NCBI GenBank assembly: GCA_963703345.1
Contig: OY969814.1
Location: 1,952,001-2,016,000 of the forward strand
Source of the DNA: an uncultured Chloroflexia bacterium
GTDB lineage: Bacteria > Chloroflexota > Dehalococcoidia > DSTF01 > JALHUB01
Direction of reading: 5' to 3'
Length of the DNA: 64,000 nt
Part shown: positions 10,033 through 22,265 of the stretch, in pieces
Position numbering within the stretch: position 1 is the stretch's first letter
How the letters are laid out: each line of letters begins with the position of its first letter
The notes under the pieces: model-generated
The model's database searches: none
What the model was told of the DNA's origin: nothing
What the model saw: only the letters and a program-made list of their open reading frames with translations
Program-made: the position numbers and the translations under genes

Positions 10033-10201
10033 CTTTCGCCTCGCACTCTAGCCTGCCTGTGGGGCAACGCTTGGGGATGCTTGAAAAGTAGCAGCTACGT
10101 TCTGGGAATCGCTGTCCGTCTGGCCTTCTTAGATACGGCCAGGCGGATCGAATCCGCATCGGTTTTTCGACCAGATTCTAGCTTATTCTTGGGTCTTCGG
10201 G

Positions 10202-10411
10202 CTAATTCTGCTTGACATGCCAGACGATCAAGTGGTCGCTCTTGAACTGGGCCACAACCTGCCCTTGGAGAAGAAAGGTAAGCAGAGTCTCGTTACCTCC
10301 CAGGGTTTGGCCTTGGACCAAGAGGTTTGGTCGCTCCCAGCGCCAATCGTCCGCTTGGATTTCGTAATAGTTCCCCGCAGCTTGGTCGGTGAGGACTTCA
10401 TAGGTGTTCAT
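10202..10411 (-). CDS. Small hypothetical protein (69 aa)
   Basis: AAGGAGG RBS before ATG at 10411; lower-GC codon use than neighbours. Confidence 0.6.
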   Translation of the reverse strand: MNTYEVLTDQAAGNYYEIQADDWRWERPNLLVQGQTLGGNETLLTFLLQGQVVAQFKSDHLIVWHVKQN

Positions 10412-10552
10412 CGGGGCCTCCTTGCTCGGACGGATATACTGGCCTCGATTATAGCAAACGCTAAGTCGGAGCATTGGCCCGCCCAACATTCTTCCGAAAG
10501 TAGAAGAAAGTAGGAGTTTCGACACCGAGAGTCAAAGACGGGCCAATTCTTC

Positions 10553-10582
10553 TTGACAGCCTTCTTCGGCGGTTGCTACCAT
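10553..10582 (+). promoter_or_regulatory. Sigma70-type promoter
   Basis: TTGACA-18 nt-TACCAT with TGn extension. Confidence 0.55.
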
Positions 10583-10587
10583 CATCT

Positions 10588-10672
10588 TAGGAGAACAAGC
10601 AGCACCTCGACGGAGGCGGAGATAACGCGGGCCGCGACAGCAAGGAAGTCTGTCGGCCGCGTTTCTGTTCTC
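10588..10672 (+). ncRNA. Candidate structured leader or small RNA
   Basis: GAGAAC/GTTCTC closing stem, CCTC-GACG-GAGG hairpin, long imperfect AACGCGG..GACAG / CTGTC.GCCGCGTT stem, immediately after the promoter. Confidence 0.35.
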
Positions 10673-10705
10673 GACAACACGGCATTATGCTAAGGGGGTG
10701 ACGTC

Positions 10706-10882
10706 GTGAAGTTCTTCATCGGTTTCCTGCTCGGCCTGACAGTCGGCGCCTCGATCGGTCTTGCTTTCGCGCCCGAACCCGGCGCACGGACGCGCGCGAA
10801 GGTAATGGACCGAATGAGGGAGAAGACCCAGGGCTCTCCCATGGAAGAGGCCATGGACGAGATGAGGGAGCAGTACCAGTAG
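10706..10882 (+). CDS. YtxH-like small membrane protein (58 aa, absent from ORF track)
   Basis: GGGGGTG RBS; MKFFIGFLLGLTVGASIGLAFAPEPGARTRAK matches the YtxH G...G...AP..G...R pattern. Confidence 0.8.
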   Translation: MKFFIGFLLGLTVGASIGLAFAPEPGARTRAKVMDRMREKTQGSPMEEAMDEMREQYQ

Positions 10883-10912
10883 CCCCCTCCGCCCTGCTAG
10901 GAAGGCAGGACC

Positions 10913-11257
10913 TTGGCCGAAGACCAGCTCAAGCTGGTGGTCATCATCGCTTCTGATGTCGACGGGGACCGGCTGATCAAACGGCTGGTCCAACGAGGCC
11001 ACCCCGCGACCAAGATCGGCGGCCTCGGCGGCTTCCTCCGGCGTGGGAACGCGACGATACTATCCGGTGTGCCGGCCGCCGACGTCGAATCGGTGATCGA
11101 AATCGTCCGCGAAGAGTGCCATGCCCGCCAGGAGTTTGTCCCCGTGCAGACGCTGCCTTTTCTCGGCGAGGGCGTCTCTTTCGCCGACCCGCTGGAAGTG
11201 CGCGTCGGGGGGGCTGTCGTTTTCGTCCTGGCGGTGGAACGGTTCGAGAAGACCTAG
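10913..11257 (+). CDS. PII-like cyclic-di-AMP receptor (DarA/PstA, DUF970)
   Basis: KLVVII...ATKI...GGFLRRGNAT...V.VGGAVVFVL.VERFEK. Confidence 0.88.
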   Translation: MAEDQLKLVVIIASDVDGDRLIKRLVQRGHPATKIGGLGGFLRRGNATILSGVPAADVESVIEIVREECHARQEFVPVQTLPFLGEGVSFADPLEVRVGGAVVFVLAVERFEKT

Positions 11258-11320
11258 CTTGACACGGCGCAGGGGCGCGGCTTTGTAGCCGACTCGCCAC
11301 GGGATGGAGACATCGACTGC

Positions 11321-12688
11321 TCAGTGCAGGGAACGGAACTCGTTCACGAGGTGCGCGTCGAGCTGTGTTCCTGCTGCCCCCGTCATCACCTTCAGAGCGT
11401 CCTTCTCGCCGAGCGCCCGCCGGTACGGCCGGTCAGACGTCAGCGCCACGTACACGTTGGCGACGGCAATGATGCGCGATTCCAGCGGAATGAGGTCGGT
11501 CGCGAGCATCTCCGGATAGCCTTTGCCGTCCGGCCGCTCGTGATGGCCGCCCACCCATTGCGCCGCCTCCTCCATCCCCGACAGGTTCTCCAGGATCAGC
11601 CGCGAGTAGCTCGGGTGACGCTGCATGAGCTGCATCTCCGTCAGCGTCAGGATGTCAGGCTTGCCCATGATGCGCGCCGGCACCGACAGTTGACCGATGT
11701 CGTGCAGCAGCGCCGCCAGCCGAATCACCTGCACGTGCTCCGGCGAAAGTCCGATCGCCTCTGCGAGCTGCCCGGCTATCTCCGAAACGCGCGCCGATTT
11801 GGCTTGTGTGAAGCGGCTCTTGGAGTCGATGACTTCCGCCAGCCCTTTCGCCAGGCTCATGACCGCTTTCCAGCTCCACTTTCCGTTCTCCTGGCGCTTC
11901 GCGCCCAGCAGGGAGCGAGAGAGCTCCTTGCCGAACAGCCCCAGCCAGAAGTCGTCACTGCGCGAGAGGACCTTCACTTGCTCCACAAGCATTGGGTCGA
12001 GCACCATCTCGGAGACGTCTTCCAGCTCGGCGACTAGATTTCGTCGCGCCACGAGCGAGTTCTGCTCCTCGGCGATCACCGACTCCGCCCAGTCAGCGGT
12101 CGCAAGCACTCTCGAAAGAAGCGGGATGTCGTGCGCCGCGAGTCCCTCCGGATAGCCGCTGCCGTCCCAATTCTCGTGGCCGGAAGCGATCGTCTCGCCG
12201 ACCGGCGTCGACAGGCCGAGGGCGATCGCCTTGGCGCCTCCAAGTGACGCGTGCCGGTGGAAAGCGCCGATTATCGCGTCCGGAACAGGAGCCCGGCAGT
12301 CGGCGGCGAGCTCCTCCGGCGACTTGCGCGGTGAGGCGGCAAAGAGCGCGTTCTCGTTGACGCCGATGATGTCGGAAAGCTCCGCCGAGACGACCGGAAC
12401 GCCCAGGTCGTGAAGCAGGCTGGCATAGTAGAGGGTAGTCTCGCCAGTATCGGGCAGTTCCAGCGATTGCACCAGCCGGCCAGCGATGTAGCACACACGG
12501 CTGGCGTGCCCTATCACCCGGCCCTCAGCGAGGTCCAGCCCCTCGCTGAATCCCGATATCAGCTCCGCTTTGCTTAGAAGCGGCAGCTGTCCAGGTTCAA
12601 AAGCTCCTTCTTGTATGTCCGGGGATCCGTAAAGCTGTGCCGGGGAGACTCCCTCCTCACCCGCTATGGGTGATCTGTTTCGCGTCAA
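11321..12688 (-). CDS. Tandem HD-GYP phosphodiesterase (start uncertain)
   Basis: Two LLHD motifs with HENWDGSGYP and HHERPDGKGYP. Confidence 0.88.
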   Translation of the reverse strand: MTRNRSPIAGEEGVSPAQLYGSPDIQEGAFEPGQLPLLSKAELISGFSEGLDLAEGRVIGHASRVCYIAGRLVQSLELPDTGETTLYYASLLHDLGVPVVSAELSDIIGVNENALFAASPRKSPEELAADCRAPVPDAIIGAFHRHASLGGAKAIALGLSTPVGETIASGHENWDGSGYPEGLAAHDIPLLSRVLATADWAESVIAEEQNSLVARRNLVAELEDVSEMVLDPMLVEQVKVLSRSDDFWLGLFGKELSRSLLGAKRQENGKWSWKAVMSLAKGLAEVIDSKSRFTQAKSARVSEIAGQLAEAIGLSPEHVQVIRLAALLHDIGQLSVPARIMGKPDILTLTEMQLMQRHPSYSRLILENLSGMEEAAQWVGGHHERPDGKGYPEMLATDLIPLESRIIAVANVYVALTSDRPYRRALGEKDALKVMTGAAGTQLDAHLVNEFRSLH

Positions 12689-12869
12689 TGTAGACCTCGA
12701 TGGGTATGTGAAAGAGGAGAAACCGCAGCCTCTCCCAAGTTGTAATTGTCCCAATCTGAATATCGGCAGACGGCGCGAACAGCGCAGACCAGGGAGTATG
12801 TTGAAAGACGCCAAAATCCAACTTGCGCCGACTTCAGCCCCCGTAGACAATGGCCGAGAGGGAGGCCTC

Positions 12870-13526
12870 ATGATCGTCGAAGCGCTCGTCGTCGGCATGT
12901 TTCAGAGCAACTGCTACATCGTCGGCAGCGAAGAGACCCAGGAAGCGATAATTGTCGACCCGGGCGACGAAGGCCGGCGCATCCTGAAGGCGCTGGAACG
13001 GCGAGGCCTCGAAGCGAAGCTCATCGTCGTCACGCACACGCACATCGACCACGTCGCGGCGCTGGAGGAAGTCAGGGAGGCAACCGGCGCTTCCGTCGCC
13101 ATGCACCGCGAAGCGTTCGACTCCGCGCAGCGGGACGCGCCTCTCCTGCGCATGATGCTGGGCAGCGAGCCACGTCCTCTGAGCCCGCCGGACCTCTTCC
13201 TGGAGGACGGCGACAAGGTGAAGATAGGCGATCTGGAGTTCGAAACGTTATTCTGCCCCGGTCACGCCTATGGCCACGTCTGCCTCTACGGGCAGGGAAT
13301 CGTGCTGACCGGTGATGCTCTCTTCGCCGGCGGAATCGGGCGCTTTGACCTGCCGGGCGGCGACGGCAGGCTTCTGCTGCGGAGCATCCGCGAGAAGCTC
13401 CTCACCTTGCCGGACGAGACGGTCGTTCTCCCCGGCCACGGCCCGTCGAGTACGATAGGCGAAGAGAAGGCGACCAACCCCTTCTTGCTCTATCCACGCA
13501 TGTACATGGGCTTCGATCCCGACTAG
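12870..13526 (+). CDS. MBL-fold hydrolase (glyoxalase II/YcbL-like)
   Basis: NCYIV, VDPG, THTHIDH, PGH, TGDALF, PGHG motifs; GGAGG RBS. Confidence 0.9.
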   Translation: MIVEALVVGMFQSNCYIVGSEETQEAIIVDPGDEGRRILKALERRGLEAKLIVVTHTHIDHVAALEEVREATGASVAMHREAFDSAQRDAPLLRMMLGSEPRPLSPPDLFLEDGDKVKIGDLEFETLFCPGHAYGHVCLYGQGIVLTGDALFAGGIGRFDLPGGDGRLLLRSIREKLLTLPDETVVLPGHGPSSTIGEEKATNPFLLYPRMYMGFDPD

Positions 13527-13544
13527 GCGCTGAGCGGGACAAGA

Positions 13545-13573
13545 AGGAAGGCCGGAACGAATCCGGCCTTCCT
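13545..13573. terminator. Bidirectional hairpin terminator
   Basis: AGGAAGGCCGGA-ACGAA-TCCGGCCTTCCT, a 12-bp stem between convergent genes. Confidence 0.7.
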
Positions 13574-13592
13574 CGTTCTCTCGTGCCTCTGA

Positions 13593-15845
<2,253 letters not shown>

Positions 15846-16031
15846 GAGTCTGCTCCTTCGCTCTCGAATTGTCGCCCGGTAGGGAGTCGCTCAGCGGTTT
15901 GGAGGCTTCCCTCCGACCATGCGAAGTCTAGCAAAGGGTTCTTTCAATAAGCAACCGAGGATGGCCGTTTCTTGCAACGGATTTCACAAGAGAGTAAGCT
16001 CGGGCCCGACGGGGCGCAAACGTAGACTAGG

Positions 16032-16775
16032 ATGGCCAGAGTGGCAAACGTGCTCGTCATCAGCGCCGACCTGCCGACGCGAGACCTGTTGCGCGCCTGC
16101 TTGGTTGAGGATGGGCACCTCGTTGGCGCCTGCCACGAGCCGGCGGCCGCGCCGCGTCTCTTCGCCACGCTCGCCTTCGACGTACTTTGCCTCGACGTCC
16201 ATGTCGCAGAAAACAACGTCGACGATCTTCTGCGCTGGCTGCGGGCAGACGGCGATCATTCGGAGATCCCGGTCCTCTTCGTGCTGCCGCCGAGCCGTCG
16301 CTGGTTGCCTGCCGCAATCTCAGCGCAGATCCGGCCGGACTTGGACGACAGCCTGACGATGCCGCTGGACGCCGGCCGTCTCAGGGAGAAGGTCCAGCGC
16401 CTTCTTTTGCGCCGGCCATCGGCCGCTCAGCCGCGCGTCCTTCGCCTGCCGCCGCTCGTCCTCGACCGCGACACGCACGATCTCGCATCCGGCGGGAAGG
16501 TAGTTAACCTTACACCGACCGAGCACCGTCTACTTTTATATCTAATGGAGCGGCCGGGAGAGGTCGTGGCGGGCGATGAGCTCTTGGAGACAGTGTGGGG
16601 CTTTCATCCCGGCACCGGCTCGGCGTCTGTCGTCCGAGTGCACGTCGGTAACCTGCGGCGGAAGATGACGAGTCTTGGCCAGGGCCGGCTTCTGGAGACA
16701 CTCCCGCACCGAGGATATCGTCTGCGTGCGGAGGACACCAAAAGGTCGGTCCCGGGGGAGACGGCTGACGAATAG
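16032..16775 (+). CDS. OmpR-family response regulator with degenerate receiver
   Basis: C-terminal LTPTE.RLL.YLM...VRVHVGNLRRK...TLPHRGY winged helix; receiver lacks the acidic pair and conserved Lys. Confidence 0.85.
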   Translation: MARVANVLVISADLPTRDLLRACLVEDGHLVGACHEPAAAPRLFATLAFDVLCLDVHVAENNVDDLLRWLRADGDHSEIPVLFVLPPSRRWLPAAISAQIRPDLDDSLTMPLDAGRLREKVQRLLLRRPSAAQPRVLRLPPLVLDRDTHDLASGGKVVNLTPTEHRLLLYLMERPGEVVAGDELLETVWGFHPGTGSASVVRVHVGNLRRKMTSLGQGRLLETLPHRGYRLRAEDTKRSVPGETADE

Positions 16776-16784
16776 ACGGCCGTG

Positions 16785-18439
16785 TTAGCCGGCCGCGGCC
16801 ATTTGGAGTGCTCGTCGCATTGGCGGAAGCGAGAGCCGCTCAGCGGCAATCTCGCTCAGGTCTTCCGATTGGCGTTCCAGCCACTTTCGCAAGTCGTTCT
16901 CGATAATGACTCGTCGGAGTTGGTGCGCCCGCCACCGCTTCTCTTCGTCCGGCATCGTGAGGGCATGCCACAGTGCCCCCGCGGTACCTTCGATGTCCCT
17001 CGGAGCCACGGAGAGGGCTCCTTCCGCCAGCTCCCGCTGCGAGCCCACTTCTGTCGAGAGGACGACGACGCCGTCGCGGCGGTTGACCAGCGGCCCTTCC
17101 TTCGACACCAGGTTCATGCCGTCCGCCAGCGAATTGACGAGCAGGACGTCGTAGAGGCTCATTCGGCCAGCGCCTGCGCGTAGTTGTTCTCAGCGAACGC
17201 CTCGATTGGTTCCCAGTCGCCCTGCCTGAAGCGCACGTTGATGTCGGATATCCGCTTCCACACGCGGTCGGCGTGACTGCGGAACTCGGCTACGCAGCCG
17301 CGCGACGGCACAAGGAAGGCGAGCAGCTTGACCTGCCCTTTCAGCTCTGGATGGCGCCGGAGCAGTAACTCGAACGCATCGAGACCGCCGAGAATGTTCT
17401 TGCTCGGATCCAGGCGGTCCACCCGGACAATCGTCTGCCTGGCGACCTGCTGGGAGAGCTGCTTTCGATAGCGGGCGAAGTCGAGTGAGAGCATCTGGCA
17501 GCGCAGTCGCTGGGGGTCGACCGATACTGGATACGCCCGCACGCGCGTGAGTCTGCCGCCTCGCGTGATGGCGCCACCTGACCCGGAAGCGATCACGCCT
17601 GGGAGAAAGCGCCGGCACGTCTCGACGAAATTCTCCGCCGAGACGTCCGTTTGGAACCCCACGACGTCCGCGCTCAGCAGACTGTCGCAGATGGCCGAGA
17701 CGATGTCGTAAGGCAGCCTCTCCCAATCCTCAGGCTTCGGCCAGGGGATGTGGAGGAAATGTTGGAGAATGGCGTCCGGCGCTACCTCGCGCACGTACCC
17801 CGGGCACATGTAGAGGTGGTAGTCCTGGATCATCACGTAGCACGGCGTCGTCCCGCTCTTTAGCTCCTCCGCCACGCATTTCGCGAAAGCGCGGTTCACC
17901 GGCAGATACCCCTCTTCCCAGCTTCGCCGAATTCGCCCTTCCAGGTCGTGTGTTCGCAGGCTGTCCCAAAGGCCGTGCTGCAGGAACCAGAGGATGGGGT
18001 TGCTGAAGACGCCGTAGTGCTGGTGGTAGGCTTGCCGCGGCAGAACGACGAAGCGCTGATCGCACCGCTGACCGTCGACCTCCACTTGAGACCGCCCTTT
18101 GCCGGCCATCCGCCGGTCGCCGTCCGTCATGGCGCTGGCAATCCAGACGAAGTCGCCCAGCGGCATCAGCGACGTGAGGGCCGTAGCCACGCCGCCGTTG
18201 CCGCCGCAGGCGCGGAGGGCCCCCGACTTGTCGAAGTTGTATTCCAGCGGGCCGCGATTGCTGGCTAGGATGATGCGATTCGGGTGGCTTGCGGTCGCGA
18301 AGGCATCCTTGCCCGCCGCTGTGTCGTCCAGTTCAGGGCGAATGCTAGTGACTCCCTTCCAGTCGAAACCTCGGCAGCGCTCACGTCCCTGCGACCGCAT
18401 TGCTGTCAGGCGCATTCTGCTCGCCCGATTCGCAGGCAA
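16785..18439 (-). pseudogene. otsA: Trehalose-6-phosphate synthase, split by a 1-nt frameshift near 17163
   Basis: SNRGP, GGVA, QDYHL, FLHIPWP, VDRLDPSKN in ORF 17159-18439; DGMNLVSKE in ORF 16785-17162. Confidence 0.85.
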
Positions 18440-18583
18440 GATTGCCTGTCGTCCGAGTCTCTGCTGAAAGCCAGAGAATAGGGGTGAACTGGCACCAGCG
18501 CCCTCGGGCCACCGATACCCATTTTATTATCGGCAGACCGAGGCGATTCTTTAGGGTTTCAACCTCTGTCTTTCGGCAGATTT

Positions 18584-19390
18584 CTAATCGGCCGAACGCA
18601 AGAGGACGGCCAATCGCGTGAGGAAAACGGCGACTTCGCTCGGCCCGGCGAGCATGACATCGGAAGCCTTCGCCAGATCGCTGGGAGCCTCATCGCCGCC
18701 AACGCCGATGATCAGGCTTGCCGGGTCCGGTCGGAGCGCCCGTAGCGCTGTCATCGCATCTATGTCCGTGCGGTCGTCGCCGAGGAAGACGACACTCTCG
18801 ATGCCGCGCTCCTCCACGAGCGATCCGACAACGCTTCCCTTGTCCAGCGGCAGCTTCGGCCGGACCTCGACGACCATCTTGCCTTCGCTCAAGGCGTATC
18901 GGCCGGACGCCGCGATTCGATTCAGCGCTTCGATGATTCTCTTTCGGGCCGTCTCGGGCTCCGGCGCGTTTCGGTAGTGCACGGACAGTATAGTTCCCTT
19001 GTCCTCGATGCGCGCGCCTTCGATTTCGCCGGTGTCCTGCTCCAGCCGCGCGCGCAACTCCCGCGTCTCGTCTGCGAAGGCCGCGGCCTCGTTGCGGTAG
19101 CCGTTCTGTTGGTCCCAGCGCTCTTGGCCGTGGTTGCCCACATACAGCAGCTCGTCCAGCCCGACCATGCGACGAGCGTCTCCCACGGTCCGTCCCGATA
19201 TGACTGCAACGAGGTCTAGCAGGCGCGAAAGTCGGCGCAGCGCCTCGCGACTCTCAGGGAACACGATCGCCGCTTCCGGGGAGGATACGATGGGGCTGAG
19301 CGTGCCGTCGACGTCGGTGATCAGCGCCGCCGGACGCGCGTGCAGCAGCCGGGCCGCGACAGCGGCGGTCTTGTCGGGCATGCTCTTCAT
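18584..19390 (-). CDS. otsB: Trehalose-6-phosphate phosphatase
   Basis: HAD motifs DVDGTL, ISGR, GNHG, EDKG, DKG, GDDRTD. Confidence 0.93.
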   Translation of the reverse strand: MKSMPDKTAAVAARLLHARPAALITDVDGTLSPIVSSPEAAIVFPESREALRRLSRLLDLVAVISGRTVGDARRMVGLDELLYVGNHGQERWDQQNGYRNEAAAFADETRELRARLEQDTGEIEGARIEDKGTILSVHYRNAPEPETARKRIIEALNRIAASGRYALSEGKMVVEVRPKLPLDKGSVVGSLVEERGIESVVFLGDDRTDIDAMTALRALRPDPASLIIGVGGDEAPSDLAKASDVMLAGPSEVAVFLTRLAVLLRSAD

Positions 19391-19486
19391 GGCCCTATCA
19401 TTATCAGTCGCAGCTTCCGGCTGTCAATGAGCCTTCGGCGGCTGGCCTGTCAGTCCGTAATCCATGTTGTATAATTGCCGCTGGAA

Positions 19487-19561
19487 GGGCCCGTAGCTCA
19501 GCGGCAGAGCGGCCGGCTCATAACCGGTTGGTCGCAGGTTCGATCCCTGCCGGGCCCACCA
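19487..19561 (+). tRNA. tRNA with CAT anticodon, probably tRNA-Ile2 (lysidine)
   Basis: GGGCCCG...GCCGG-CTCATAA-CCGGT...GGTTCGATCC...CGGGCCC-ACCA. G1:C72 and no triple G-C anticodon stem, so not the initiator. Confidence 0.9.
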
Positions 19562-19603
19562 GGAGCAAACCAAGTCCGCTTCTTCTGGCCCTTCCAACAG
19601 CTC

Positions 19604-20194
19604 ATGATCTCGTCCACTTCCTACCTTGATCTGGTGCGACGGGTCGTCGCCGCATACGAGCCGCAACGTATCGCGCCGGCGGGCCGGCCGCCGGCTGGCG
19701 TGCTCCTCCTCTTGTACGATGCCGCGGGCAAAACGCATCTGCTCTTCACCAAGCGTACCGAGCTCGTCGAGCACCATAAGGGCGAGATCTGCTTCCCGGG
19801 CGGCTCACAAGAAGCGGGCGATGACGACCTGTACTACACGGCGTTGCGGGAGACGTTCGAGGAGATAGGCATTCTTCCCGAAGACGTCGAGCGCGTCGGC
19901 CGGCTCGACGATATCGTGTCGCGCGGCAGCAACTTCGTCGTGTCGCCGTTCGTCGGCTTCCTGAAAACGGCCGAGCCCTATCACTACCGGCACGCCGACC
20001 ACGAGGTGGACGAGATCCTAGAGGTGCCGCTGGCGCATTTACTCGAGCCAGCGAACAGCGGCCAGGAGATGCGCAACCTCGACGGGCAGGATATCGAGAT
20101 CGTCTTCTACCGCTTCGGCCGGCACGTCATCTGGGGCGCCACAGCCCGAATGCTAAGTCAACTCCTGGGCCTGTTGACCGCGGCCAGCGAATAA
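19604..20194 (+). CDS. Nudix CoA pyrophosphatase (NudL-like)
   Basis: LFTKR...HHKGEICFPGG, ALRETFEEIG, IWGATA. Confidence 0.9.
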   Translation: MISSTSYLDLVRRVVAAYEPQRIAPAGRPPAGVLLLLYDAAGKTHLLFTKRTELVEHHKGEICFPGGSQEAGDDDLYYTALRETFEEIGILPEDVERVGRLDDIVSRGSNFVVSPFVGFLKTAEPYHYRHADHEVDEILEVPLAHLLEPANSGQEMRNLDGQDIEIVFYRFGRHVIWGATARMLSQLLGLLTAASE

Positions 20195-20196
20195 CA

Positions 20197-21567
20197 TCAA
20201 TCGGACTGCTCGCCGTCCTTCTTCGCCGTCTTCCGCAGCCGCTCGTACTCTTCCCAGATGCGTTTCTCCCAGCCCAGCTCGCCCGGCTGATAGTAGCGCC
20301 GGCCGCGAAGACGCTCCGGCAGGTGCTCCTGCTCGACCTGATGCCCCTGGAAGGAGTGCGCGTACTTGTAGTCGCGCCCGTACCCCAGCTCGCGCATGAG
20401 GCCGGTGACGGCGTTGCGCAGGTGCAGCGGCACGGGGTCGTTCCGCATCTCGCGGGCGTCGGCTACGGCGCGACCATAGCCGGTGAGCGCCGAGTTGCTC
20501 TTGGGCGCCGTCGCCAGGTAGATCGCGCACTCCGCCATCGGCAGGTACCCCTCCGGCATGCCGACGAAGTGGACCGCCTGCTGGCACGCCGTCGCGACGA
20601 CCAGCGCCTGCGGGTCCGCCAGCCCGACGTCCTCGGCGGCAAGGATGACCATTCGCCGCACGACGAAGAGCGCGTCCTCGCCCGCCTCGATCATGCGGGC
20701 CAGCCAGTAGAGGGCGGCATCGGGGTCGGAGTCGCGCAGAGACTTGATGAAAGCGGAGATGGTGTCGTAGTGCGCCTCACCGGCCTGATCGTAGAGGTAC
20801 GTCCGGTGCTGAAGCGCCTCCTCGATGAGGGCGGCGGTGATTCGCCTGACGCCCTGTTCGTCCGGCGACGCGGCGGCCGCGGCGAGCTCGAGCGCGTTCA
20901 GGGCGATGCGTGCGTCGCCGCCGCTGCTTGCCGCCAGAGTCGCGATTACGTCGTCGTCGATCTCCGGCTTCTCGCGGCCGAGCCCTCGCTCCTCGTCCGC
21001 CAGCGCCCGTCGCAGAATCGTCTCCACCTGTTTCGGCGTCAGCAGGTTCAGCGTGTAGACGCGGCTGCGCGACAGCAACGGCCCGATGACTTCGAACGAT
21101 GGGTTCTCCGTGGTCGCGCCGATGAGCGTGACGGTGCCCTCTTCGACGTGCGGGAGGATGACGTCTTGCTGGGCCTTGTTGAAGCGGTGGATCTCGTCGA
21201 TGAAGAGGATTGTGCGCTGGCCGTAAAGGGCGCGGCGGTCGCGCGCCTCGGCGACGATGCGACGCAGGTCGCCGACGCCGGCGGTGACGGCGGAGATCGG
21301 CTCGAAGTGCGACTTCGTCTGGGCGGAGATGATGCGGGCGAGCGTGGTCTTGCCGCTTCCCGGCGGGCCCCAGAAGATCATCGACGGCACCTGGTCGGAC
21401 TCGATGAGACGCCGGAGCAGCCGGTCTTCGCCGACGAGGTGCTCCTGGCCCACGAACTCATCGAAGCTGCGCGGCCGCATTCGAGCGGCCAGGGGCGCCT
21501 CGCGCTCGCTCTGGGCGCGGGCCCGCTCCTCGAACATGTCGGGGCGCTTAGGCTTCCTTCGATCCAT
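20197..21567 (-). CDS. rarA: Replication-associated recombination protein A
   Basis: [41 protein letters not shown]. Confidence 0.96.
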   Translation of the reverse strand: MDRRKPKRPDMFEERARAQSEREAPLAARMRPRSFDEFVGQEHLVGEDRLLRRLIESDQVPSMIFWGPPGSGKTTLARIISAQTKSHFEPISAVTAGVGDLRRIVAEARDRRALYGQRTILFIDEIHRFNKAQQDVILPHVEEGTVTLIGATTENPSFEVIGPLLSRSRVYTLNLLTPKQVETILRRALADEERGLGREKPEIDDDVIATLAASSGGDARIALNALELAAAAASPDEQGVRRITAALIEEALQHRTYLYDQAGEAHYDTISAFIKSLRDSDPDAALYWLARMIEAGEDALFVVRRMVILAAEDVGLADPQALVVATACQQAVHFVGMPEGYLPMAECAIYLATAPKSNSALTGYGRAVADAREMRNDPVPLHLRNAVTGLMRELGYGRDYKYAHSFQGHQVEQEHLPERLRGRRYYQPGELGWEKRIWEEYERLRKTAKKDGEQSD

Positions 21568-22207
21568 CTTCGGCGTTCCGTTCAGGGAACCGCTTAACGC
21601 CCCACTTCTCCCAGAAAGTCACCTCATCCACCGGCAGGCGCCGCGGCGGCCCGAAGCGCCCGAGCGGCCGGCCGACGGGGATAAGCGCCATCGTCTCGAT
21701 GTCGTCGGGAACGTCCAGGAGCTTCTTAACCTCGGCCTCATGCAGTCGATGGAGCGTCGTTATCGTCGTGCCGAGGCCGAGGGCGCGTGCGGCCAGCATG
21801 AGGTTCTGAACCGCCGGGAAGATGGAAGAGCCGGTGACCGACGTCCCGAAGCCCGCCCCCTGTGTCGTGACCATGATGAGCACGGGCGTGTCCGCCAGGT
21901 GGTGCGCCAGGTGCTCGGCGGAGCGATAGGCGCGCCCGAGGCCCTGCGGACCGGAGCCCGGCGGAGGCGCCTCCAGCTTGCCGTAGGTCGCGTCCCAGGC
22001 CTGGCGGTAGTACTCGCCGATGCGATGCTTCGTCTCCGGGTCGCGGATGACGATGAAGTTCCAGGGCTGGCGGTTACCGCCGCTGGGCGCCATCGTCGCG
22101 GCTTCGAGGATCGTCCACAGCTCCTCGTCGGTGACGGGCTCGTCCGAGAAACGGCGCATGGCGCGCAGGGTGCCGATGGCTTCGAAGAGGTCGATTTGCG
22201 GTCTCAT
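21548..22207 (-). CDS. Nitroreductase family protein
   Basis: RAMRRF, APSGGNRQPW.F, QNLMLAARALGLG. Confidence 0.92.
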   Translation of the reverse strand: MRPQIDLFEAIGTLRAMRRFSDEPVTDEELWTILEAATMAPSGGNRQPWNFIVIRDPETKHRIGEYYRQAWDATYGKLEAPPPGSGPQGLGRAYRSAEHLAHHLADTPVLIMVTTQGAGFGTSVTGSSIFPAVQNLMLAARALGLGTTITTLHRLHEAEVKKLLDVPDDIETMALIPVGRPLGRFGPPRRLPVDEVTFWEKWGVKRFPERNAEDGSKEA

Positions 22208-22265
22208 GGCGTCCCTCCCACCGTCATTGTAGGCGAGACGGAGGAGCATGACCAGCGGCGCCGGA

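Noticed and set aside
10033-10200. T-box leader for glyQS
   Set aside because: No GGTGGNACC T-box motif found on the minus strand.
12700-12812. Imperfect GTATGT(T)GAAAGA direct repeat or c-di-GMP riboswitch upstream of HD-GYP
   Set aside because: Only two short copies and no GEMM-like two-hairpin architecture recognised.
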